Shown piece after piece: positions 52,543 through 64,000 of a stretch of DNA of 64,000 bases (the first letter of the stretch is position 1; the number at the start of each line of letters is the position of its first letter). The position numbers and the translations under genes were made by a program. The notes under the pieces are model-generated. The model had not been told where the DNA came from and did not search any database. It was given only the letters and a program-made list of their open reading frames with translations. The DNA comes from Ruditapes philippinarum (lineage: Eukaryota): NCBI RefSeq assembly GCF_026571515.1, contig NW_026860675.1, forward strand, positions 1 to 64,000, written 5' to 3'.

Positions 52543-52830
52543 TGGTAGCTTGTCCGAATGGTTGACATGTCTGACTAGAAATCTACGGATTGCTGGCCGA
52601 GTGGGTTCAAATCCCGTCAGGGACTAGCCGTTTTATCAGTAAGCAAGAAACTATAATATCATTGCTAAATACTGATTGGTTCCAGAAACGGAATCGAGAG
52701 AGTATAACCTAAAAAAACTAAGTATCGGTCATAATTTCGCCATTGTTTGTTTCTAGGTGTTTCAGTGAGCAAGAACTTACACTCATTGCTCAATACTGGT
52801 TGGTTCCAGGAACGGATTCGAGAGTGTATG
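52543..52830 (+). mobile_element. tRNA(Ser)-derived SINE with duplicated core block, inserted in the minisatellite
   Basis: gtccgaatggtt..gactagaaatc..gggttcaaatccc; the block agcaagaa..cattgct.aatactg.ttggttccag.aacgga.tcgagag occurs twice (52641, 52768). Confidence 0.6.
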
Positions 52831-54084
52831 AATAAAAAGAACATGCCATTATTTCGATATTGTTTTAATTTGATATCAGCACTTCTGTCTCTTATTAAAG
52901 TACCAGGTTTAATCTTATGTCGATATCTGGTTAAAGATTCAGCCATTATTTCGATTATATCGGTAAGATGCTATTTCGATAATAACAGTAGATGTATCTG
53001 GTTCAAACCATGCCATTTTTGATGATGATAAAATGGTGCTCAAATATTTGCCTTTATTTAGTTTATGTTTGTATCTGGTTAAAGAATGGCTTTTTTATTT
53101 TGTTGGTTAAGCAAATCGAAAGCTGGTTCTATTAACTATAAAGTTATGTTGGTATCTGGTTAAAATGTACTTTTTTACTTAGCTTATGTCTATAAGTATC
53201 TTCGCCTTTATTTGGATTATATTTGTATCTGGGTACCTTTGTTCGTGTGTTCCTACTTGTACCTCTATATGTTCTAGATAGCTTTTAAAATATAAATATA
53301 TAATGTAACATTAAATGAACATGGAATAGAACGTATTTCAATCAAAAATACATTGATTCTTGGAATTAAATGGAAGTTAATATGTAATTATTATCCCTAC
53401 CCAAAGCCACCACCCCTATCCCCCACCCCTACCCCCTCCAGATAAAAAACTATCACTACTTTGCGTATGTTTTAAATGCATGTTCTCCGTCACAAAACTT
53501 ACGATTTTTTATTGGAAAAAATAAAGATCTTGCACACTTAATATATATTGACATTAATATTGTCTCCACACTGAATGCACAACTTTTTAATTAATACCCT
53601 TATCAATAGTAAAATTTCAGTACCATTTTAGGTACTTTTTTTAACAAAAGGTTATTTTAAGAAAACAATTTTGGATGTCTCTTTGACAAAACTTATCTTT
53701 AATGTTTTATTTCATCATCGTCTTTTTCTAACATTTTATTCTATAAAAAAATGTATAAAAAATGAGAAAATCGCATGCATAGTTACAATATGTCACACCA
53801 TATAAATATTCCCCCAAAAAATGATAAATTAACGAGGACTCTGTGAGAGGGACGAGGTGACTTTTTTCCTGGTATGATTCAACCGTCCAGTGACATTGCA
53901 TTATAAGTATTACTAAAGAAAGCGAATTCATGATGATTTTTCACGAAAAGAAAATGTGAAATATAATCCTATTCTTAACATTTATAAAAATATTTTAACA
54001 TTGTCACCCCGTTTAACTACTGTTTAATTTAATAATACATCTAAAAAATCGCATTGTTACTGTATGTCAAATCGCACTTAAAAA

Positions 54085-54294
54085 GGCGGGGCGAATTGTC
54101 CCAAAAACTCCTATACTACGTCTAAAAATATTATATAAAAGTATATATTTTATTGCCTTTTGTACTTATGGAGGCGGAGCTAGAGTACACCACGTGACGC
54201 TGGTGTATTGGAGTTGTCACTTATACGCAGTTGAGATTGTCAATCAGAATACATTGTATGTGGGCAGATACGTTTATACACCGGCAATATAAAT
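54085..54294 (+). promoter_or_regulatory. Putative proximal promoter of IL-1-like gene
   Basis: GC boxes GGCGGGGC (54085) and GGAGGCGGAGC (54170), overlapping E-box/CRE half-site CACGTGACG (54191), TATA-like TATAAAA (54134) and TATAAAT (54288), 210-420 nt upstream of the ATG. Confidence 0.4.
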
Positions 54295-54507
54295 TGATTT
54301 TCTGTCGTTTATATATTCAATTACTCATTAACAAGCCACAGAGCTATGACTGTAAGACTTATTAACTTGTATTTGTTTTGTACATTCCGTACGTAGCTAA
54401 TCAGAGATAGGAATTTAAGAGGAATTCATTACTTGTGATAGGAGATAAGAAAGATTATAATTTGGTTTGCATTTTGGAATTGTTTTAACGACTAAGACAC
54501 ATCGAAA

Positions 54508-54645
54508 ATGCTTCTAAGTTCAGTGAATTTTGTTGCTAAAACGAAGGCAGTGAAATACAAGGATAAACCAGAAAAGAAAAATGAGAAGAAAATCGAGGAA
54601 GAGAAAGAACTAACAGCTAAAACCTGCAAGAAATGTCAGGAAGAG
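54508..54645 (+). CDS. Exon 1 of IL-1-like gene (MLLSSVNFVAK...TCKKCQEE)
   Basis: ATG in aaaATG context, 46 open codons rich in Lys/Glu, phase-0 donor gtaggt. Confidence 0.75.
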
Positions 54646-57600
54646 GTAGGTCTTTTATATATATTTATGTTCTTGGTTAATGCTTAAAAAGGTTGCAAAG
54701 ACTTTCGTCGATACAAGAAAATTTCCATTGCGATGTCATCCTCTGTTTAGAAAAGTGCAATTATATTTCATGTCAGATTCAAACAACTTCCCCACAACCT
54801 TGTAGACCAGAAAAGAATATGTGATTTCATGTCAAATTCAAATAACTTCCCCACAACCATGTATAACAAAAAATGTGCTGAATTTGAAGGATGCTAAATG
54901 CTTCCTGCAAAACAAATATAGAAAAAGAATTTAAAAATTTAATATATGTCCCCCTCAAATGAATTAGATAGTACAATTTATTCACTTTAAACAAATCTTA
55001 TCCATAATCATTAAACAAAACTACCATTGGTTCTTAGGGAAATAGAAGTTGGAAAAATGAATGAAGTAATAGAATCATCTGTTGAATCATTTTTTTCTTT
55101 AACTAAAGATGTTTTCAATCACATTTAAAATATTTAGGACCAATTATATCATCATTATTGTATATTGTATATAATGTACACAATAAGCATATTTTCAAAT
55201 TATTGCCTTGCATTGCATGGAAGTGGCATAAGCACGTTTGTTTGCACACCAGATAACATTTTGTCATTAAAATGAATATGGCTAGGTACGAGCGACTTGT
55301 TAAAATACATTTTTAAAAGAATAAATTCTATTAAATTGCACCTAATACTTTACTTTCACTTAAAGCGAAATTAAAACAAACGTGTTTACCTCACAGGGCA
55401 GTGTACTAATTTCATAATATCGAAAATAGCAACTAGAAATGGGACCACTTTTCAGAGCACATTGTTTTAAGACCCCCTACAGTTGCCAACACGTGTTAAT
55501 AAGTAAAAATAAGAAAACATATCCTATTTCAGGAAGGGGGGTTTACTATGAAATTGAATATATACAAAGATAGTATTACATACATACCTGTTTAAACCCA
55601 ACACCTTGGCATATCAAGTTCTGTCAGCTTTGTTAACTAATGTAGCGGAAAAGCGATTTGTGGTTTATCTAATTAGTCGGGTCTCGTGCGACAATACATT
55701 AATGAGCCATCCATAGCAGGTGGAATGTGCCGCGTTCCCTCATGCTGCGGGAAATGCTAGCACGTACACTAAACCCCCCTCTAAGACGAAAATACCGTAT
55801 GGTAAAGAAAAATAGAATGTGACAACATTTCGACCCCATACTGCTTTGTTTTAACTGATATAAGGTTACGATAATATCTTAACGAATATCAAATTGCAAA
55901 ACAGAAAGCCCTACGCTAGGTGACGGTCACCTACAACGGTGCATTTATCGAATAATTAACATAGTGTAACACCTGTAATGATATCTTTTGAAATCCGACA
56001 TTGATATAATTTAATAAATTTATAGATGATTTGTTAACATTGTCCTTATGAACGCTGCTGAATTTTTAATTGACGTGCTTTGAATAGTAAAGCATGCGTC
56101 TGTGGGGAATTTACTCTGATACAATCACTTTTTTTAAAATCATAATTGTTCAACATTTATCGTAATAAACTGATATATTACTGACAACGCATGGAACTTC
56201 TGTAGATTTTATATAAAGTCCAAGATAGCATCTGACTTATAAGAATAAATTGTTAAATGTATTCAAATTCGTTATTAATGCAATGTGATGTATGGCAATT
56301 GATTGCATAATGCAATTAATCATTAATGGCAATTTGTTATCAATGACAATCTAAAATGAAATAAGAAATATATATATTCGATTCGTTATGTCAACGATTT
56401 TGATTTTATGCTTCGATTTAAATTTTACTATGACAAACATGGGTTTTCTTTATACATTTACAGATTGAGGAGGAAGGCAAAATATTCCGTTTCCCAACTA
56501 CGTCATCATACAATTCAGGGATCAGCTTTAGTTCCTCAGGTAAGCGAAGAAATTATGTTTCTAACAGAGATTAATTCATGCTGTAATGCCCATCCTGTTT
56601 TGTAACAACATCAGCATCTAACAGAGGCTGTATGATATAAAGTGTATATGTAGGCCGTCGCAGAAATAACAACATTAAATGAAATGTCATGCTGGTATCC
56701 AGCCAGACAGCAAATGGGTTTTAAAAGGTGTAAATATTTTATATAATTGTGCGAATTTAATAGGCATGATAAACCACTCCTACTTGCTGAAACATAATAA
56801 TACTACAGTACATAATGACCTTTGTTTTTTTCTCAAGGTCATTCAAATCTGTATAAATAGGAAATAAAAATGTTGTCTTTTTTCTGGTTTTTTCTTGTTT
56901 GTGTTCTTTTATAATAAAAAAACATCGTTTTCTATGAATAGCCCATTGTCGTCATAGAGCGAATCTCAATTTTCCAGAAATAAAAGCTCACCATTTACGT
57001 CGGCGTGGCGCGTGTGTATTTACAATCTAATACCGAATTTAATTGAATTGAAGTCTCTAAAGTGATGACAAAATGAATTTCAGGAAACCTGTTTACATCA
57101 AATTCTGCTATATTTTTTTTAGAAATTACCCTCCTACTAGGGAATATATAATAACTGTATTACCGTGGTAACGAAAATGTAACATTCAATGTTTTTCTGT
57201 AATATAATATCATTATATACGCGTGCGAAAACTATAATTCTTAAGAATTAAGGATAATCATTTTCAAGGAGCAACATGCCATATTGTCTGTGTTTACATT
57301 TATCCTTATTAATTCGCTTCTTTAAGAGCAACATTACAAAGGTTGATACTGACGTATTTATAGTAAACAGATATTAAATTTATCTCTGCAGGTTACAACA
57401 GCGAAGAAAACCTTGACTTTAGCCAGTTTCCTGGAGATCGTGTCAACATAGCAACGGGGGACGACCTCTGTTTGACCGTGGAACAATTCTTTTACACCAT
57501 TGGCCTACGTGACAAAGCAAAGTCGGACAGCACATGTAAGTTTACGATATATTTTACGACATTCTTTACGACATATTCTAGAATAATTATTTTTTTCTTT

Positions 57601-58965
57601 ATCGAGCTACATCTCCTCTGATAACTTCCAGCGGCTGTAACAACAATTTATTAATGGTAATTGTAGCTTTTAATTCTTTTTTTGCTGACATCAAATGAAA
57701 AATTCGTATATATTGTCAACAACATTTACTGAAACTTTTTCAGGCATATTTCGGAAGAAAGTTCTAGACCGCCAACCATTACCCAATGGCTGCATGGAAA
57801 CGGTTGTTTTTGCACTAGACTGTGACCAGGAATTCTACTTAACAACTTCTAAAAATAGAGATTTGGAACTGAATGTAAGTAACCAGACATCATTCAATAA
57901 AACACTTTAATAGTCTAATTAACCCTAAAAATGAGGTTAAAAGAGCAGTATATGTCCCCATTCCACCATTAAACCATTGTATTGTACACAAACCTTACCA
58001 ATCATCTATTCAAATGATTGCAGACGACATCAGCAGACGGCAGTAAAACCGCTAATCAATTCACTCTTGTTCGTCTTAATTTACCTGACAGCAAAGTTCC
58101 AATCAAGTTCAACCCAAATCAGTTCTTTGAAGGGTAATTGTCGGCATAGAATCAGATTTTCATAGACTTCAGGTGAAATTCACCTGGTTGAGAGGATTTC
58201 AAGCGGTTTTAAATTACAAAATGGAACTTAGAACTAAGCACAGATCAATAATTGTATCGTCATAATATCTGCTTACTGAAGAAGGGAAAAATGAAACAAC
58301 AAAGTATTAACTTTCCTGAGAAATTCAAGGTCGTTTTGGTTTCTGAAAGATGAAATTGTGCAATAAAATGTTAACAAATCTTATGAAACAGAAAATGCGA
58401 AATATCAAATTAAAAAAAAAATTAATTCTTTGTTTTTTATTTCTTTTTAGATTTATCAATGTTCTGCATTTCATATTTTCAGTTTTCTTCTGTTGACCCA
58501 TGCCTAGATAGTCCAGATGAAAGAACGTTCTTGGTATACTTCACGGGTATTGGCCATTGCTTCATCCAGCCGAAACTCCACAAAAACATGTATCTTCACC
58601 ACATCGATCAGGCATTGAGCATTCAGCCATTAGACTTAAATTGGAGGTGCCCGGAAGAATACTTTTTTAACTTCAGCGCTGTTCCCGAGCCGTATGTCAA
58701 ACCTAAAAAGGACCCGAAAGTGTGTACGCATATACAGGAAATTCAAAAAGAAATCGCAAGCACAAATAAAGGAACAACGAAGGAAACCTCGACGCAAGAA
58801 CTCGTGAAAACAATTACCGCGGAGGTTCTAAGACATAACATTCGGTCTGAAATTCCGGATTTTCTTCCATCCAAAAAATCCCGAAATGGACGGCGTTTAT
58901 TGGCAGGATTATTATTTGGGTGCTTCAGTGCAAAGAGCAATAAATTGACTACAACTGAAGTTTGA
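54508..58965 (+). CDS. Five-exon gene, 323 aa: leaderless protein with charged N-terminal pro-region, putative IL-1-family-like beta-trefoil core and basic/Cys C-terminal tail. join(54508..54645,56464..56539,57392..57535,57744..57874,58483..58965)
   Basis: All four introns are GT..AG with pyrimidine tracts (gag|gtaggt, tttacag|att, cag|gtaagc, ctgcag|gt, cat|gtaagt, tttcag|gc, aat|gtaagt, tttcag|ttt). Phases 0,1,1,0 join into a stop-free 972-nt CDS. The core has RVNIATGDDLCLTV..CIFRKKVL..TVVFALDCDQEFYLTT..LELNFSSVDP..DERTFLVY..CFIQPKLHKNMYLH..EYFFNF. Confidence 0.85.
56464..56539 (+). CDS. Exon 2 of IL-1-like gene (IEEEGKIFRFPTTSSYNSGISFSSS)
   Basis: Acceptor tttacag, donor gtaagc, phases 0 and 1 fit both neighbouring exons. 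Confidence 0.8.
57392..57535 (+). CDS. Exon 3 of IL-1-like gene (GYNSEENLDFSQ...KSDST)
   Basis: Acceptor tctctgcag, donor gtaagt, 144 nt, phases 1 and 1. Confidence 0.85.
57744..57874 (+). CDS. Exon 4 of IL-1-like gene (CIFRKKVL...RDLELN)
   Basis: Acceptor ctttttcag, donor gtaagt, 131 nt, phases 1 and 0; lies within ORF 57695..57910. Confidence 0.85.
58483..58965 (+). CDS. Terminal exon 5 of IL-1-like gene (FSSVDPCLD...KLTTTEV*)
   Basis: Acceptor tattttcag, 160 codons to TGA; matches ORF 58459..58965. Confidence 0.85.
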   Translation, partial: FSSVDPCLDSPDERTFLVYFTGIGHCFIQPKLHKNMYLHHIDQALSIQPLDLNWRCPEEYFFNFSAVPEPYVKPKKDPKVCTHIQEIQKEIASTNKGTTKETSTQELVKTITAEVLRHNIRSEIPDFLPSKKSRNGRRLLAGLLFGCFSAKSNKLTTTEV

Positions 58966-61504
58966 TGCTAAATAGACAGAGTAGTTCAAATCTAATAGTG
59001 CTAAATATCCGTCCATGATTTCATTTTTGTTCATGATTTATCATAAGGTGCTTATTATTTTCTTATACATTTTTGGTCAAACGAAATCCAAGATATAGTG
59101 TTAACGAGTTATTAAAGACTTTGTTAAACATGTGCTAGTATCTTAGTGCCTCAAATATAGTAACAATTCAAATCCAATGTCTCACTAGGGGTTGGGTGGC
59201 GGGGGGGGGGGACCTCATATGGGGGTTTTAAGGAGAAAGTGTTTTCTCGGGTGTTTAAGTGAAATGTTGATTATGTTATATTTAATGTTATTTATTTACA
59301 ATCAAGAGGATAATGTTATATTTGTATTTATCAAAATCGCGACATCTTTGCTTCTGTTTGTGAAGGTCCTGTTTGTTATTGTACTCAACTGTTTATTTGA
59401 CCTTGACACTATCGGTGTTAGGGGCGTTGTTATTTTTTGTCATAGTATTTTTTTTTTGGTGTTTATATGTCGTACTCGACCACAGCACGTTTTGTGTTAA
59501 CGTATAGATTATTACAATGTTTGTTAGAAATCTTTGTCACGAGAAAGGGGACTGTTTTGTCACATTGAAAAAAAATATATATACATGAACTGAATCATTT
59601 GGTCTTACATTGGCACCAATTGAAATCTTGCTTTTTCTCAGCCTTCATTTTGGACACTAGAACTTCAGCTTTTTTCTCTTTTTTTCAAGATTTTATTTAA
59701 AAAAGGGGGACAAACAGTACTCTTTTTCGTGACCTTTTGTATAATCTTTTTCTTATTTGTATCCATTTTGACGAGAGTGTTTCTTATGGGCTCCATGTAT
59801 ATTGTCTTAAGAGTTTCTGTTAGTTAAAATATTTACGTTTGTACAAGTCAACGTCCGCGTTTTTTGTGGGAATCAGATAAATATAGGAATAGGTTTTAGT
59901 AACTGTTATATTTATAGTATGTACAGTATATGTATTATTTATTTGTTGGTTGCAATTGTCAACTGTAAAACGTCCGCGTTTTTGTGGTAAACCATTATGT
60001 ACATATTTAGGAAAATAGTTAAGTTTTCTTGATGTATGATTTAAGCCATATATCTTCCAGGATAGGTTGATAAATAAAACTGTTTATATATAGGAGAGAG
60101 GTGGCGATTGAACGGCATTTCAAAGGCCTACTCTCCTTTCATTTATGTGGTTATGTCACGTCAGATGAATTATTGAGAACAAAAGATAAACCGTATAAGA
60201 CACGTGAATGTGTAAAACATATATATTTATATCATAAACAAAATGATTAGTTTGCTGTCTTTTATAAAGTCACATTTTCTGAATACCTTATTCTTCGCGT
60301 GACTTTTAATTTCCTCGCGTGCGCAACTTCAATCTCATTAGATAATATCTAATCAAGCGTTCCGGGAATCAGGGTGACGGAAACGCTTGTCAGTGTTTCA
60401 TTTACCAGACGACATTTTAGAGAGATTCATGACATGAAGTTTGGTCATTTGATTGGTCAAACATGCAATATAACGAGTGTTCTAATTATGGTAACACTGT
60501 ATTATGTGTTCTAAAATTGCTAAACAGAAAATTTCGGAAAGTATGTATTATTTTAATGCATAGAAGTGGTGGCGGTCTAATATTCTAAAACAAGACATTT
60601 CCTTACGGGAATAAAAGCCGTTTGTTTGTAGGAATTAACCGTAAGATTTAATATCTAATCATAACAAAATACATGTTGGCAATGTATAATGTACTTGGTA
60701 GGGACTAATATTTTCCCATAGAACCATTTACTACAAGATTTTATTGTTAAGAGTTTTTGCTTTAATAGAGGAAATGATTTCGTAGCTACTTAAGAAAATT
60801 TTGATAATTTCGCACGAATTTCGTGAATAGTAGGTTGTGTGTATGCATACATGGTGAATTATCTTTTGTTTTAGATTTTAAGTTATTGTGCTCGTGCGGT
60901 ATGAGAATTTAATATAGTTTCGTTTAGACATTGTCAAAATCAGTGGCACTTGAAAACGCACGAGAGAACGAAATTTCGTTGATATAGTTCTAGCTTTCAA
61001 AGGAGTAAAATTTCGCATCTAAACAAGATACTGTGATATATTTATGCAAAAAATGCATTTTTGATATTTTGTGCAATATAAGACTTCATATATCTGTTAT
61101 CATTCCATGTTCATCGTTACCATAGCAACGATATCTGTTGTATATGATCACAAATTATCGATCTTTTCCTCAAGCAATTTATTTAAAGATATATTGAATA
61201 GCATTATTTCATTAGCGTACACATTTTTCAGATTAAAAACGCTTGGGGATTTTTCTTCTTCTCTTTTTTCTAGAACATTTTTGTTAATTATATCATTTTA
61301 AGCTAGACAGATTTTCTGTTGAGGTGTTATATTTCAGAGCTCAGCTGTATTGTCCACATTCTTGATTCGTGATGAAATAAAATGCCATCAGAACAGCTGA
61401 TGTACTATTATTGCATTTGACATTTTATAAGAACAACCCTGAATTTTTGCTGACAAAAATTATACTATAGTAGTATGTTCAAATATACAGTATGTTGTGA
61501 TCAA

Positions 61505-61637
61505 CATCATCATCATCATCATCATCATCACCTTTTTCATCATCAATTTCTTCTCATTCATCGCCATCATCATCAGCAGCATCATCAACAACAACTTTTC
61601 TTCATCATCATCGTCATCATCATCATCAGCATCATCA
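61505..61637. repeat. (CAT)n-type microsatellite
   Basis: Imperfect cat/cag/caa triplets; source of the spurious poly-H/D/M/S/I ORFs. Confidence 0.95.
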
Positions 61638-62782
61638 TTTATTTTAATTTTTTTTACATTCCAAAACAAATTTACATTAAGGAAGATCTGAAAATTTGGC
61701 AACCAAACTCAAATAAAGAAGGAAAAAAACAAGAAAAAAATCTAAAAATGTTTTCTTTTTATAACAGCCCTTGATTTGTTTATATCTGAATGAAATAATA
61801 AAGTCTTACTAAAAGTATGGTTTAGGTTTGATATTTTATATTATTTTCTATAAAGAATTATTTTTCTAGTCAGAAAAAAAAGATGTTTAAGCATTTAATA
61901 TTGTAACGATGTTGATGTTATGAAATGATTTTAATGCAGTATTGTTGTTGATGTTGTTGTTGTTATGGAAAAAAATAAAACAAGAAAATAAGAATACATT
62001 TTGTTATGTTGTGTTTGTTTCACTTGGCTTTAAAGTCACATGTCATGTGGCAACATTACAGCATTTCTGATAGAGGAAGAACGGTCACTCGAATAGAACC
62101 ACTGAGCTCCTTTAAACTTTACCATGAGGAAATTAAGCGTCTTAGGCTTTCCATAGTTTCATCGTCGAATAGAAGCAAAGGATATTCAAGTGAGAACGCG
62201 GCTCCATATCAACAGCAACACTCGACCCTCATTCTTCATCTGTAATGGAGCAGTATCCCCAGATATACCATTAAGGTTCGAGTCTCAAAGAATTGCGCAA
62301 TAAACGTTTTGATATTTTGACTTCTCCATGGAAGGAGTATTTAAATCGATTAAATAAAACCAATAAATGTATTCAAATCTAATCAATTAATTTTCTTGTA
62401 CACGGAAATAAGGCTGTACAAGGCTGATCTGTCCTTAAGTTATCCATAAATTGTATCATGCCCAAAGCTCGACCAAGAAGCAGTTCGGCTTCACAAACTA
62501 CAGTGCACAGTGGCATCAACAAAGAAGTCATTCCTTTACTTTTTATTTCAATTAACGACAGGAAAATGATTTGTTGAAAGATATGACAAGGCCAATAAAT
62601 GATTTCAAAATTGCACAAATGCCTTTTAATCATAAATATGTGTATTCAAATACTGATTTATCCTAGTACAAAAAGGACAGTACTTAACATTTTACGCCGT
62701 TGATAACTCCGGAGTTTTTTTATATACTGTTATTACTTTCACTAACCATTGCGTATCTCTTATTGTCACACACGTTTAATAT

Positions 62783-63425
62783 AAAACAAGAGGGCCATGA
62801 TGGCCCTAATATCGCTCCCCTGATTATAAATGCCCTTAATGACCAGAAACATGTAATATTGTTAAATATAAATGAAAAGCAGATATAAAATCTAAATCTT
62901 AAACTGATATCACAAAGTTCATATTTGTATCTGAAATTGTCCACGTGTAAAAACAAAACTGGTTGCTACTGCTAAGGGGAATCAATAGTTACTAAAGAAA
63001 TTACTGGTTGCTATACAAAATCAATGGATTCACTCCTTGTTATGGAAAGTTAATATTTTCTATGGAAGTCACTGGTTGATATGTACAATATCAATGGTTG
63101 CTATGGGAGTCACTGGTTGCTATGGGAAATCATTGGTTGCTATGGAAATCAATGGTTGCTATAGAAAGTCACCGGTTGCTATGGACATATGATTGCTATT
63201 GAAAGTCAATAAAGTCAATGGTTGCTATGGGAGCTAATGGTGGCTATGGATAGTCACTGGTTGCTATGAGAAGCCACTGGTTGGTAGAGGTCTACTGGAC
63301 GTTTAATGCCAAAAACCTAGGCAGTAGAAGAATTTTTAATTTTTGAAGACTTTACTATATACATATAAGGGAAATCTATGTTCCCCCTGGGCGGGGCCAA
63401 TTTTGACCCAAGGGCTATAAATTAG
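62783..63425 (-). mobile_element. HINE-like element containing a ~20-bp GGTTGCTATGG minisatellite (62960-63290)
   Basis: Terminal aaacaagagggccatgatggccct..atcgctcccctga stem-loop end; core ccccctggggcggggccaattttgaccc. Confidence 0.65.
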
Positions 63426-64000
63426 AAGATTGGTGTCAGGGTAGAGCACCGAACTCTTAGTGCAGCGGTCGGTACGAATCATATTGGAGGTGAGCACTGG
63501 TATAATAACTGGTTAAGACACCAAGGAAACTGGCACCTGGCTCGACTTGTATATTTATATGTATAGGGCTCTAAAATAAGACAATAGATTTATGCTAATT
63601 TTCAGAATATTTTGAAAATGTATGTAAAAGTAAATTAAAGTGATGTGAACAAAGAAAATAATAAACAAAATGCAAACAGCACTTGCAATCTATGAGCATC
63701 ACCTAGGTAGAGGTCAAAATATGTTAGTCACGCAGAAGACATATGGTGATAAATACTGTAAAATCAGTTATTAAATTGGATCTTGATTTTTGTCCAATTT
63801 ACATAAAATTAGTACATTATTCTTAAGTTTGACTTTCTTGAAATATTTATGCTCATTTTCATGCATGTAGCTTTAAATCACATTAAAGTCTGAAACAAAT
63901 ATTTATAAATACAACTAGTGTATCAAACTTCAGCTTGTGAAGACAAGCTCTCTGTCAACAAAGACCACCATATATACTGCTGCGCGGACTGGTCGTTACA

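Noticed and set aside
53800-56115. NF-kB sites around the IL-1-like promoter and intron 1 (gggacaattc, ggggaattta, gggaaatgct)
   Set aside because: None matches GGGRNWYYCC fully, and matches this loose are expected by chance.
61460-61774. Poly-His/Asp/Met/Ser ORFs
   Set aside because: These are translations of a (CAT)n microsatellite.

Overview
This is AT-rich, repeat-dense eukaryotic DNA. The SINE, HINE/Helentron and DIRS repeat types suggest a mollusc, probably a bivalve (inference). From about 2.4 to 34 kb there is a tandem array of a ~7.1-kb unit (three copies plus a partial fourth), so insertions can be read against their empty sites. These insertions include a CR1/L2-group LINE with an 8-bp TSD, a 2.8-kb cargo-carrying Helentron-type element, a SINE with a 12-bp TSD, a hairpin element, and a degenerate DIRS/PAT-type tyrosine-recombinase retrotransposon (gag, RT-RNaseH-MT, YR). 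That retrotransposon has a 940-nt GT-AG intron in gag and a second in-phase acceptor in front of YR, and its ends are a short asymmetric inverted repeat plus a hairpin. The 34-53 kb region holds satellites, MITEs, a 4.8-kb inverted-repeat-bounded segment and LINE/YR remnants. At 54508-58965 (+) is an intact 5-exon host gene that the ORF track misses. It encodes a 323-aa leaderless protein whose core aligns by eye with the IL-1 family beta-trefoil, including IL-1-like intron phases, so it is a candidate invertebrate IL-1-like cytokine. All calls were made by eye and no database searches were run.
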